In this document: positions 8,421 through 17,320 of the stretch, piece by piece | Layout of the letters: each line of letters opens with the position of its first letter | Numbering within the stretch: the stretch's first letter is position 1 | Assembly: GCA_965248925.1 (NCBI GenBank) | Contig: CBDFLE010000006.1 | Span: forward strand, 3,401,040 to 3,465,039 | Length of the DNA stretch: 64,000 nt | From: Candidatus Multivoradales bacterium | Lineage (GTDB): Bacteria; Acidobacteriota; Thermoanaerobaculia; Multivoradales; J023 | Direction: 5' to 3' | Position numbers and translations under genes: made by a program | The notes under the pieces: model-generated | The model's input: the letters and a program-made list of their open reading frames with translations, nothing else | What the model was told of the DNA's origin: nothing | The model's database searches: none

Positions 8421-10681
8421 GCCGCTGGCGAGCACTGTGGCGAGCACTGTGGCGAGCACTGAGGGTTCGGCTGGCCAACTGGCCTTGGAGGCGAATTGTG
8501 GTGGCTTGCACGATGTTGCTGGGCTGTGCCGCCTCAGGGCTGACCGCGCTGACCCTTGCCAACCTGCGACCGGCCCCTGCTAGCTTGCCGCCGCGAAGCG
8601 AGCACACGGCTCCGCCACCGCTGCTCGATCGTCATGGCGAGCCCCTGACCCGGAGTCGCGAAGGGCGTTGGAATCTGCCGGACAGCCGTGCTTACCACCG
8701 CTTTCCGCAGTTGTTGATCGATGCTTTTGTGCTGGCCGAAGACCAGCGCTTCTTCGATCATCGCGGGGTCGATTGGCGGGCGCGGGCCCATGCCATGGTG
8801 CAGAACCTAAGCGCTCGGCGGCTAGTGCGCGGTGCCAGCACCATCACTGAGCAGAGTGTGCGGATCGCCTATCCGCGACCGCGCACCGTTTGGTCACGCT
8901 GGCTTGAGAGTTTTGAAGCCGGTCGCTTGGAAAGGCGATTCGACAAAGTCGAGATCCTCGAGTTTTATCTCAATCAAGTGCCCTATGCGCGCCAGCGGCG
9001 GGGTGTGTCCGAGGCGGCACGGGCTTATTTCGATCGCGATCTCGACACCCTGTCGGTCAAAGAGACGCTGGCTTTGGCGGTGCTGGTGCGCAGCCCTTCG
9101 CGGCTCGATCCAGAACGCGGTAGTCGGCAGATTCAGGTGCCGATCGAGCGCCTGGCGCGACGCATGCACGCGGCCGGCCTGCTCGCCGCTCACGAACTCG
9201 ACGAGATCCAACGCATGCCGCTGCTGGTGGTGCGGCCCCAGCCTCTGGTCGACGCCGCTCATTTCGTTCGCTGGCTGCGACCGCGCTTGCCGGATTCACC
9301 AAGTGGCGGCCGACGCACCACCCTCGACGCAAATTTGCAGCGGCAAGTCCAGGCCATCCTCGATCACCGCCTGGACGAGCTCGGTGAGCGGCGGGTGAGC
9401 GATGGGGCGGTGCTGGTGGTGGACCATCAGAGCGACGAGATTCTCGCCTGGGTAAACGGTGGCGGCTTCGCCAAAGCAGTTGCCGGCCAGGTTGACAAAG
9501 TGCTGGCCTCGCGGCAGCCGGGCTCGACCCTCAAGCCTTTTGTCTATGCCACCGCCTTGGAGAGCGGCTGGACCGCCGCCACGGTGATCAACGACGCGCC
9601 TCTGGTTGGTGTGGTTGGCCATGGCATGCACGAGTTTCGCAACTACAGCCGGAATTTCTACGGCCCTTTGCGGGTGCGCCAGGCGCTGGCCAATTCGCTC
9701 AACGTGCCGGCGGTCAAGGCGCTGGCCTTCGCCGGTCGTGGGCGTACCCTAGAGCGCTTGCGTGAGCTCGGTTTCGAGACTCTGAGTGAACATCCGGATT
9801 TCTATGGCGATGGTCTGGCCCTGGGCACGGGTGAGGTGAGTCTCTACTCTTTGGTGGGGGCCTACGCGGCGCTGGCGCGGGGTGGTGAGTCCCGGCCCCT
9901 GGGTGGTTTGGCCGAAGGGCCGGTAGGTGTGGGGCGGCGGGTGTTCTCGGGCGAGGTGGCCAGTCTGATCGGTTCGATTTTGTCTGACTCCAAGGCTCGG
10001 CAGCTGGAATTTGGTAACGGTTCGGTGCTCGATCTGCCGATCGAGACGGCGGTCAAGACCGGCACTTCCACCGACTACCGCGACGCTTGGGCGGTGGGTT
10101 TTTCGCACCGCTACACGATCGGCGTGTGGATGGGAAATGTGGATGGCCAGCCGATGGCGGAAGTCACCGGTTCGACCGGCCCTGGACTGGTGTTGCGGGC
10201 GGCCTTTGCCGAGGTCCATCGGCACCAGCAGCCGCGGTCCTTAAAGCTCAGCCGCCGTCTGGCTTTGCATTCCATCTGCCGCCAAAGTGGCGCTCGGCCG
10301 GTGGCCAGCTGCCCGACGGCGGTCGAGTGGTTCCGCCCCGGGCGTCAGCCGCTGGCCAGCTGTGACTCGCACGCGGCGGTCCCGGGCCCGATTTCCGCGG
10401 CGACCGAAATCCGCCTCGCAAGTCCGACGCCGGGCCTACATCTGGCGCTCGACCCACGCATTCCTGATTCTCTCGAGAGATTTCCCTTGCGCCTGGCCGA
10501 CAGCGCCGGGGTGCGGCAAGTGGACTGGATCGTCGATGGCCGAATCGCCTCGGTGACCCGCGGTGAGAGCGAGTACCTGTGGCCTTTGGAACGCGGTTCG
10601 CACAGCGCTCGGGCTCGGGTCTGGTTGCGCAGTGGGGGGCAGCCACAGGAAACGGCACAGGTGAATTTTCACGTCCGCTAG
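8417..10681 (+). CDS. pbpC: penicillin-binding protein 1C (bifunctional glycosyltransferase/transpeptidase)
   Basis: GT51 motifs 'RFFDHRGVD' and 'GASTITEQSVR'. Transpeptidase motifs 'STLKP' (SxxK) and 'KTGTS' (KTG). C-terminal PbpC-specific domain. Translationally coupled to the A2M gene. Confidence 0.88.
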   Translation: MSRWRALWRALWRALRVRLANWPWRRIVVACTMLLGCAASGLTALTLANLRPAPASLPPRSEHTAPPPLLDRHGEPLTRSREGRWNLPDSRAYHRFPQLLIDAFVLAEDQRFFDHRGVDWRARAHAMVQNLSARRLVRGASTITEQSVRIAYPRPRTVWSRWLESFEAGRLERRFDKVEILEFYLNQVPYARQRRGVSEAARAYFDRDLDTLSVKETLALAVLVRSPSRLDPERGSRQIQVPIERLARRMHAAGLLAAHELDEIQRMPLLVVRPQPLVDAAHFVRWLRPRLPDSPSGGRRTTLDANLQRQVQAILDHRLDELGERRVSDGAVLVVDHQSDEILAWVNGGGFAKAVAGQVDKVLASRQPGSTLKPFVYATALESGWTAATVINDAPLVGVVGHGMHEFRNYSRNFYGPLRVRQALANSLNVPAVKALAFAGRGRTLERLRELGFETLSEHPDFYGDGLALGTGEVSLYSLVGAYAALARGGESRPLGGLAEGPVGVGRRVFSGEVASLIGSILSDSKARQLEFGNGSVLDLPIETAVKTGTSTDYRDAWAVGFSHRYTIGVWMGNVDGQPMAEVTGSTGPGLVLRAAFAEVHRHQQPRSLKLSRRLALHSICRQSGARPVASCPTAVEWFRPGRQPLASCDSHAAVPGPISAATEIRLASPTPGLHLALDPRIPDSLERFPLRLADSAGVRQVDWIVDGRIASVTRGESEYLWPLERGSHSARARVWLRSGGQPQETAQVNFHVR
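8421..8460 (+). repeat. 12-bp in-frame tandem repeat (ggcgagcactgt x ~3) encoding (RALW)x3 at the PbpC N-terminus
   Basis: Direct reading: gagccgctggcgagcactgtggcgagcactgtggcgagcactgag. Confidence 0.8.
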
Positions 10682-10810
10682 AGCAAACACTGCTGGCATC
10701 ACACCTCGCTAAGCGATAAGGTCAATGCCTCGTTCGTGCTGGCGCAACATTGTTCCCCGTCCCTGCCTATTGGGACACAAGGCGGGCTTATGCCCGTTTG
10801 GAGGAGGCGC

Positions 10811-11815
10811 ATGCCAGAATTGAGGAGCGAGTCCGAAGTCAACAGTTCAATCGTCGAGCAGGGGGTCAGCAAAGCCGTCTCGACGCCCATCGAAGTCAGC
10901 CTGTCGTTCGCCAGCGATGATTTGTCGAAGCCGCGCTGGAGCTTCGTTCGTCCAGAGGTGTTTGAGTTCGAGGACTACTTGTCGATGGGACCGATGTGGG
11001 CCGCCACAGAGGCCGAACAAGCCTACGAGCTGACGATCCATTTGCTGGACCCGAAAGTGCAGTTCGTATCTGCCGACCTATTTAATTCGACCGACGGTCT
11101 GGATCCGGTGAAGTTCTCTATCGGTCCGAGCCGCGCCGAGGTGGGTTGGCCGGGGCTCTCCGTGAACGGTTGGCAACGCTGGGTGTATCGGCTTTGGGTG
11201 CATAGGGAAGGGGTCAAGGATATGCCGGTGCACCTTGCCTTCAGTGCTTCAGACCTGGTTGCCCGGAGTCAGATCATTGCCCGCATTGCTCGCGGCGTAG
11301 GGCAACATGATGGTGGGGCAACCGGTATGGACGAGCCAGCGACAGAGACTCCAACCTTGGCCACCAAGGTTACGGTGGCCGGAGAATCCGTGCTCTTTCC
11401 CACTTGGTACGACTACTCGGGATTGGATTTGCCCGCCGGTCTCAACCTTGAGCCATTGATTGTCTTCAAGGTCCTCGATCAGGATTTCAAATTCCAGTTC
11501 GAAAACCCCCAAGGCTTGTTTGTCGGCACTGATTCAACCGCTTGCAATCGTGGCGGCGTCACGGTGCCTCCTGTGTCGCTGATCTGGGAAGGGGTCGATC
11601 CACCACCGGTCGGCCCCTGTCCGAACGCGGCCGGGTTCGTCAACAGCACGCTGCGCGATGTCAAGACACTGGCCCGCGTACTGTGGCACGAGCCTAGCGA
11701 GGGAGAGGTCAGGCGAACCTCGAGCTTCTTCTTCAGCTTCTCGAGTTTGGACAGTCCCGATCTGGTGCGGCCGATAGATCCGACCATCGTTCACGATCCG
11801 GAATTGCCGCCGTAG
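10811..11815 (+). CDS. hypothetical protein (334 aa), no recognisable domain
   Basis: Strong RBS GGAGGAGG 5 nt before ATG 10811. Long ORF with coding-like periodicity. No signal peptide or motif recognised. Confidence 0.5.
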   Translation: MPELRSESEVNSSIVEQGVSKAVSTPIEVSLSFASDDLSKPRWSFVRPEVFEFEDYLSMGPMWAATEAEQAYELTIHLLDPKVQFVSADLFNSTDGLDPVKFSIGPSRAEVGWPGLSVNGWQRWVYRLWVHREGVKDMPVHLAFSASDLVARSQIIARIARGVGQHDGGATGMDEPATETPTLATKVTVAGESVLFPTWYDYSGLDLPAGLNLEPLIVFKVLDQDFKFQFENPQGLFVGTDSTACNRGGVTVPPVSLIWEGVDPPPVGPCPNAAGFVNSTLRDVKTLARVLWHEPSEGEVRRTSSFFFSFSSLDSPDLVRPIDPTIVHDPELPP

Positions 11816-11819
11816 AGGC

Positions 11820-14800
11820 TTATCTGGATCCCTCGGTGGGGTTGTCGGATCGGAGACGCTGGCGTAGCTCAGGGTGGTCGCGCAGCGAGTCGAACCACGG
11901 TAGATCGAAGGCTCGGGCCGGGTATCCTTGGTCGAGCGCACGGGTGGCGTTGACCAATGCTGCGGTGCGGTCGCCCACCAGCGTATAGACCAGGGATGCC
12001 TCGAAGGCAACTAGACGACTCTCCGGCTCGAGTCTGAGGGCTTCCTGGACCGCTTCGACGGCTTGGCGCGATTGACCGAGCTGGGCCAGCACCTGGGCTT
12101 TGACGGTGAGCTGCTGGGCGTCGTTGGCGGTACTGGTCCTGAGCCGTTCAAGTACCTGGAGGTAAATCTCGTGGGCGCCGGAGTGATCGCCGAGAAGCTG
12201 TTTTACATCGGCTTGATTGAGTTGGTAATAGGGGTTTCCAGGTGCCAGCTCAGCCGCTTTGTCGAAAGCTGTTCTGGCTTCGTCCAAACGGCCCAGGAGC
12301 AGTTGGGCAAAACCCAGATTGGCCCAATCGGTCGATTTCGGTGAGCTGACGAGCAGCTCTTGGTAGAGGCCGATGGCGCGCTGCGGATTGCGCATTAGCT
12401 CGAGATTGGCCAGAAAGGAGAGGCCGTTGCGGCTGCCGGGTGCCCGTTCCAGATAGGCCTCGATCTGCTCTCGCGCTCGTTCGACATGGCCAAGACTAGA
12501 GGCTAGCAAGGCGTAGTTGAAGTGCAGTCCAGCCGATGGCCGACGGTTGACCGCCTCTTGGTAAAGTTCCAGAGCCGCATTGGTCTGGCCGCGACGCCGT
12601 AGCCAACTTGCGCGCAAGCCAAGAGTCTCGGGTTGGGAGGGCCGCAAGACTTCGAGCTGGTTCAGGGTATCGTCGGCGGCTTCCAATCGACCGATGGAGA
12701 TCTCGCTGCGCGCCCGTGCCCGCAGCAAGTCGATATCGTCTGGCACCAGCCGCTGACCGCGGTCGAGGAGGTCGAACAAATGCTCCACCAGGGCCGGATC
12801 GTGAGTTTCGTGAAGAATCCTGCGAGCCAGTTCGGCCTCCAGCAGATAGGCGTCGAGAAAGCTCGGCGCGCGTTGGCGGATCTCGGCTAGTTGGTCGATG
12901 TCGGCCAGCTCGGGGGGGCGCTTGCCGAGGGCGAAGTCGCGTTCTAGCCGGAGGAACAAGGCATAGTCCGCCGCTTCGATTTGCAAGTCGAATCCGGTGC
13001 CGCGGGGTGGATACTGGGGGTAGGCTCGGCGCAACAGCGCCGCCAGCGCGCGACTGGCGGCCAAAGGCCGGTCAGCAGGGATCTCTACTTGTTCGCTCCA
13101 CACCACTTCACCTTCTGCCGCCAGCAGTCGCACGACCTCGACTCGGCAGGTAGTGGCCGCACAGGTAAACGATGAACTCAGCGCCTCATCAGCCGCCAGT
13201 GCCCGGGCGACCGCCGCCGGTGGGCCGTTGAGGGCGTCGATCTCGGCGCGGCTCTTGGGCGAGAGGCCCTGGAGACCCACCACCGCCCGGTCGAGAGCGC
13301 CGCGGATGACGAAGGCTTGCCGTTCGCCGATCTCAGTCCCTAACTGGGCCGTGGAACTGGGCTGGAGTACTACCACCCAGCGCGGTTCCGGAGCGCCGCG
13401 CAGCTGCCATCCCCAGGCCGCCAACAGCGCTACTCCGACCCCGGCCACCAAGCCGGCCAGCAACCAGTAGCGACGATAGGGTTGGGCCGTTTTGGGATCG
13501 ACCATGGTGGTCGAGCTCCACACTCCAACCGCGGTGCCGTCGGCAGACGATGGTGGTACAGGCGGACGATCTTCAGGCCCTACTTCACAGAGTTCCAGCG
13601 GTTCGTCGAGACCCTTGAGCTGGTAGAGCCCGTGGCTGATCCAGAACAGGGACTGGTCAATCTCGTCGTCGGCATAGGCACGTTGAGCGAGGTCGAAGGC
13701 ACCTCGGGTGAGTAGGGTCTGGCCGGCTTCGGCAAGGGCCATCACCCGTGCCGTGGTGGCTTTGGCGAGGCCTTCGACCTCTAGAGGCTTGGCCCCTTGG
13801 CGAACTTCGTCGGGCGGATTCTCGCGCAGAAAGACCTCTCCCAGGTGGGCGGCCACCCGCGCTTGGAATTCGACCCCGTAGTGCCGTGAGAGATCGGCCA
13901 GAGCGGCGTGGTAGGCGAGGGCGAAACGCACGGCCTCGACCGGTCGACCGAAGAGCAGCAGAAAACCATCACTCTTGTCGATTTCACGACCGTCGTAGCG
14001 GTTTAGCAGGGCTCGGGTATGGCGATCGTGGAGTTCGTTGAGCTCCATTGCTTGGCGATCGCCCAAGGCACTCACCAGTTCGGTGCTGTGTACCAGGTCG
14101 GTCAATAGCAGAGTGCGGATGCTCTTGGTCGAGGAACTCGGTGGCAATCTGGTGGTCACCGGGCCTGTGGCGGCACGGGCGATCACTTCGAGCTGCTCAG
14201 CCACCAGCCCGGCACTGGATGGGCGTCGCTGCGGATCTTTGCGCATCAGCTGTTCGATCAAGTCACTCAGCGCCGCGGGCAAGATCACTAGCTCGTTGGG
14301 TGAGCGCGGGCGGTGTTCGAGCACCCGGGCCAAGGTGGAGGCGTCATTGCTGCCCAAGAACGGCGACTGGCCGGCCAGCATTTCGTAGAGCAAGACGCCG
14401 AAGGAAAACAGGTCTGAGCGTTCGTCGACCTGATTGCCGCGGGCTTGCTCGGGCGACATCGCGCGATAGGTGCCGGGTAGGGCACCTTCTTGGGTCAGCT
14501 GCTCCTCTGACATTTCGCTCAGCAGCAGGCGGGCGATGCCGAAGTCCGTGATTTTGGCGCCAGCGTCTTCGTCGAGGAGGATATTTTCGCTCTTCAAATC
14601 GCGATGGATCACCCCGTGGCGGTGGGCATAGGCCAGGCCCCGAGCCACCGCAATGGCGATCTCCAACCCTTCTTCGACCGGCAGCGCGCCGCGTTCGTCG
14701 AGCAGCTGGCGTAGGCTGGGGCCGGCGATGTGCTCCATCACGATGTGCTGCTCGTCGCCCTCGGTGAGCAGGTCGAAGATCTGCACGATCGCCGGGTGGG

Positions 14801-15002
14801 CGAGACCCGCCGCCAGCCGAGCTTCCCGCTTGAAGCGCGCTCGGCGCAGCGTGGTATCGCCACCCTCGGTGTGGATTCGCTTGATCGCCACCCGCCGTTC
14901 GAGCCGCGGATCGTAGGCCAGCAAGACCTCTCCCATGCCCCCTGAGCCCAGGCGGCTGAGGACGCGGTACGGACCAAGGGTTTCGGCGGCGTCGCGGTTC
15001 AC
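11820..15002 (-). CDS. Ser/Thr protein kinase fused to a class-III nucleotidyl cyclase-like domain, a TM segment and C-terminal TPR repeats
   Basis: Kinase motifs GSGGMGEV, VAIK, HRDLKSENILL, DFG and SPE. Next comes 'LLLTDLVHST…DKSDGFLLLFG' (CHD cyclase metal-binding Asp pattern), then one TM helix (YWLLAGLVAGVGVALLAAWGW), then TPR-like repeats. Confidence 0.85.
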   Translation of the reverse strand: MNRDAAETLGPYRVLSRLGSGGMGEVLLAYDPRLERRVAIKRIHTEGGDTTLRRARFKREARLAAGLAHPAIVQIFDLLTEGDEQHIVMEHIAGPSLRQLLDERGALPVEEGLEIAIAVARGLAYAHRHGVIHRDLKSENILLDEDAGAKITDFGIARLLLSEMSEEQLTQEGALPGTYRAMSPEQARGNQVDERSDLFSFGVLLYEMLAGQSPFLGSNDASTLARVLEHRPRSPNELVILPAALSDLIEQLMRKDPQRRPSSAGLVAEQLEVIARAATGPVTTRLPPSSSTKSIRTLLLTDLVHSTELVSALGDRQAMELNELHDRHTRALLNRYDGREIDKSDGFLLLFGRPVEAVRFALAYHAALADLSRHYGVEFQARVAAHLGEVFLRENPPDEVRQGAKPLEVEGLAKATTARVMALAEAGQTLLTRGAFDLAQRAYADDEIDQSLFWISHGLYQLKGLDEPLELCEVGPEDRPPVPPSSADGTAVGVWSSTTMVDPKTAQPYRRYWLLAGLVAGVGVALLAAWGWQLRGAPEPRWVVVLQPSSTAQLGTEIGERQAFVIRGALDRAVVGLQGLSPKSRAEIDALNGPPAAVARALAADEALSSSFTCAATTCRVEVVRLLAAEGEVVWSEQVEIPADRPLAASRALAALLRRAYPQYPPRGTGFDLQIEAADYALFLRLERDFALGKRPPELADIDQLAEIRQRAPSFLDAYLLEAELARRILHETHDPALVEHLFDLLDRGQRLVPDDIDLLRARARSEISIGRLEAADDTLNQLEVLRPSQPETLGLRASWLRRRGQTNAALELYQEAVNRRPSAGLHFNYALLASSLGHVERAREQIEAYLERAPGSRNGLSFLANLELMRNPQRAIGLYQELLVSSPKSTDWANLGFAQLLLGRLDEARTAFDKAAELAPGNPYYQLNQADVKQLLGDHSGAHEIYLQVLERLRTSTANDAQQLTVKAQVLAQLGQSRQAVEAVQEALRLEPESRLVAFEASLVYTLVGDRTAALVNATRALDQGYPARAFDLPWFDSLRDHPELRQRLRSDNPTEGSR

Positions 15003-15432
15003 GGTAAATCTGGCTCCTTGAGATTGGAACCATTCTAGTGATCCTTGGCGTCTGGCGGGGGAGGGATGCGGGCCGAAGCCACTCAGCCGTTTCTGGTGCT
15101 AGGGATGATGAAGCGGCAGAGGCTCAGGCGCTGCTGCCGGATGTCTCCGTGGATTTCGATGGTCCACAGGTACTTGCCCGCAGCAGCCTGTTCGGTCTCG
15201 CGCAGCAGCTTGGCGTGTTGCTCATTGCTTTCCGGTGAGTGAGTTCCTGGGCGGTGGGCTTTGAGTGTCGGTGGTGATGGCTGCCGGCCGAGGTGTCCAG
15301 GGAATCGCGGTTCACAACACCACAGTTTCACTTCCACGAGCATTCAATCGGTGATGAGGACTCTGGCACAGGTGAGTTTCCCGCTCTATCAAACGGCGGT
15401 GCCTGGCGCCCAGCCGGTCCTCTTCGATACCT

Positions 15433-15909
15433 TCACTGGCGATGGTGATCGGACAGACAAGGGGTGCTGCCGCTGAGGCTCAGCCGGCCGGTCTTGAGGC
15501 CGATCGACATCTCACCATAGTAGTTGTCGAAGTTAGTAGAGATCCAAGGCAGTGCAGAGTGCGGGTGGTGACGAACTTCCAAACCCATTTGGCGCCAAAG
15601 TTCTTCGACTCGCGCCAAAGCGGCCAGTGGCTCGGCGTTGTCGCCGAGTTCTGCTTGCAGGGTCAGTCGAGTGGTCGAGCTGGTGGTCAGGCCGCCATCG
15701 GCGCCGGTGCAGGTAGTGGTCTTGTAGGGGGGCTGCTGTGTCTCGACATTCCGAACGTCGTCGAGCGAGTTCAGCGCCTGTTGCAGGAAGCTCTGTAGAC
15801 GGTCGACGGCGGTGTCGCGGTCTGGAGGAGTGGACATGGTGGCGCAAGCTCCGCTAGTGAGGACCAGAATTAAGAAGATCGTGCGGCTGAGCGTTATCGG
15901 TCGTCGCAT
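15433..15909 (-). CDS. hypothetical lipoprotein (candidate immunity/partner of the upstream hydrolase)
   Basis: MRRPITLSRTIFLILVLTSGAC: signal peptide with lipobox L-T-S-G-A-C. Starts 22 bp after the stop of the hydrolase gene on the same strand. Confidence 0.6.
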   Translation of the reverse strand: MRRPITLSRTIFLILVLTSGACATMSTPPDRDTAVDRLQSFLQQALNSLDDVRNVETQQPPYKTTTCTGADGGLTTSSTTRLTLQAELGDNAEPLAALARVEELWRQMGLEVRHHPHSALPWISTNFDNYYGEMSIGLKTGRLSLSGSTPCLSDHHRQ

Positions 15910-15931
15910 GGCTGGGTTCAGTAGTGAAAGT

Positions 15932-17320
15932 TCAGTCGATATTCAGCTGAATGCTTGCCAGGTTGTGCAGCGATTGGTCGGTGAAGTATTGCCCGTGGCC
16001 CTTGGCAGCGCCGGTATCGAAGCTCATCGCACCGAAGCCGGCATTCGAAGGATCGGGGCCAAGGACCCAGCCAGGTGTAAGGCCGATGATATCGGCCTTT
16101 GCCTTAGCGGCGTAGATCTCGGTGCTGGCGGCGAAGCCGAGTTCTGCGGCGGTCGGTGCGCCAACTCCGGGGCTGCCGACGAAGACGATCGACTCGGCGT
16201 CGAGCCCCTGACCTCCCGACATGCCGGTGACCAACGAACCATAGCTGTGGCCGATCACCGTCAGGTGTGGATCGTGGGGCAGGGTCAGTTCGAGTCCTGC
16301 AACGAAGCGTGGCAGAGCGACGGCGGCAACCCGTGCCGCCGATTTCGAAGTAGCGTCTGGGATCAGTCGGTCGGGAGTGTCGTAACCGAGCCAGGAGATC
16401 GAAGCGACCTCCTGCTCCGGGCGGCCGAGCTGGTGGCTGAGTTCGGCGGCTTTGCTTTGCAGATTGGCGGCGAACTGCTCCAGCCCACCGTTGTTCTTCA
16501 CCCCCTGGTAGTTGTTCAGGTCGTTGGTGATGCCGGGCACGATGATCGCCACATGATCGGCGAGGTCGAGGTTGCCCTTGACCTCGGCGATGCGCCCATC
16601 GCCGGAGGGATCGAAGAGCAGGAAATCCCGATCCGGGTCGGTCCAACTCTGCCGCACCTCGATCTTGTCGCCGAGCCGTTTGGAGAGCCGGCTCTGGCCG
16701 TCGAGGATCTGCTGTTGCTGCGGTTCCAGATGCGCCCGGCTCGAGAACCGCTCGATCCAGGTGTTGGCCTGGCGCAACTGGTCGTTGAAGTGTGGCAAGA
16801 CCTCGTCGAGATGGTCTTGAATAAGCACCTTGTTGGCCTGATACCGAAGCTCGTAAGGGGCGCCATCTAGCGCGCCGACGATTTCGGGATGGCGATCGGT
16901 GAAGCCGACTTGCTGTTCCTGGCTCAAGCCGTCGAAGAACGACTTGGCGTCCGTTGGAGCGACATGGCCGGTGTCGACCGGAGCACCCGCCGTGGGAGGT
17001 AGGGCGGTGGGGATCTGACCCAGAAAATCTAACTGCGGCTTGGCGAAGCCGAGTTCCCAAGCGGTTTGCAGCGGAGTGAACCTGCCGCTGGTGACCGCTG
17101 TCGAGCTTGGCATTTGGGAGGCGGGGGAACTCAGCGGGTCGTTCAGCTGATCGAACAGGCTGGTGGTGGCACGCTCGAAGGTAACGGCCGGCTCGGCGGC
17201 TTGTCCGCTGCCGGCGGCCGCCGGGCTTTCACCGGCTGAGGAGTCAAAAGGTTCGCTGGCCGAAGTGTCGTCGGTGGAGGCGACGCTGTGCGGCTCGGGG
17301 GTAGGCGCATCGATCTGCAT
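15932..17320 (-). CDS. alpha/beta hydrolase (DUF1023/Abhydrolase_8-like) with a low-complexity N-terminus
   Basis: GxSxG nucleophile elbow 'VIGHSYGSL'. The first ~120 residues are Pro/Ser/Ala-rich. RBS GGAGG 5 nt before ATG 17320. Confidence 0.7.
   Translation of the reverse strand: MQIDAPTPEPHSVASTDDTSASEPFDSSAGESPAAAGSGQAAEPAVTFERATTSLFDQLNDPLSSPASQMPSSTAVTSGRFTPLQTAWELGFAKPQLDFLGQIPTALPPTAGAPVDTGHVAPTDAKSFFDGLSQEQQVGFTDRHPEIVGALDGAPYELRYQANKVLIQDHLDEVLPHFNDQLRQANTWIERFSSRAHLEPQQQQILDGQSRLSKRLGDKIEVRQSWTDPDRDFLLFDPSGDGRIAEVKGNLDLADHVAIIVPGITNDLNNYQGVKNNGGLEQFAANLQSKAAELSHQLGRPEQEVASISWLGYDTPDRLIPDATSKSAARVAAVALPRFVAGLELTLPHDPHLTVIGHSYGSLVTGMSGGQGLDAESIVFVGSPGVGAPTAAELGFAASTEIYAAKAKADIIGLTPGWVLGPDPSNAGFGAMSFDTGAAKGHGQYFTDQSLHNLASIQLNID

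Noticed and set aside
8421-8460. Possibility that the short tandem repeats here and at 52421-52457 are CRISPR arrays
   Set aside because: Units are 11-12 bp and directly abutting with no spacers, and one is inside a CDS. They are simple tandem repeats, not CRISPR.
16104-17060. 318-aa Arg/Pro-rich ORF overlapping the alpha/beta hydrolase gene
   Set aside because: It is in an alternative frame of a gene with a clear GHSYG hydrolase motif. The extreme Arg/Pro bias indicates a GC-driven spurious ORF.
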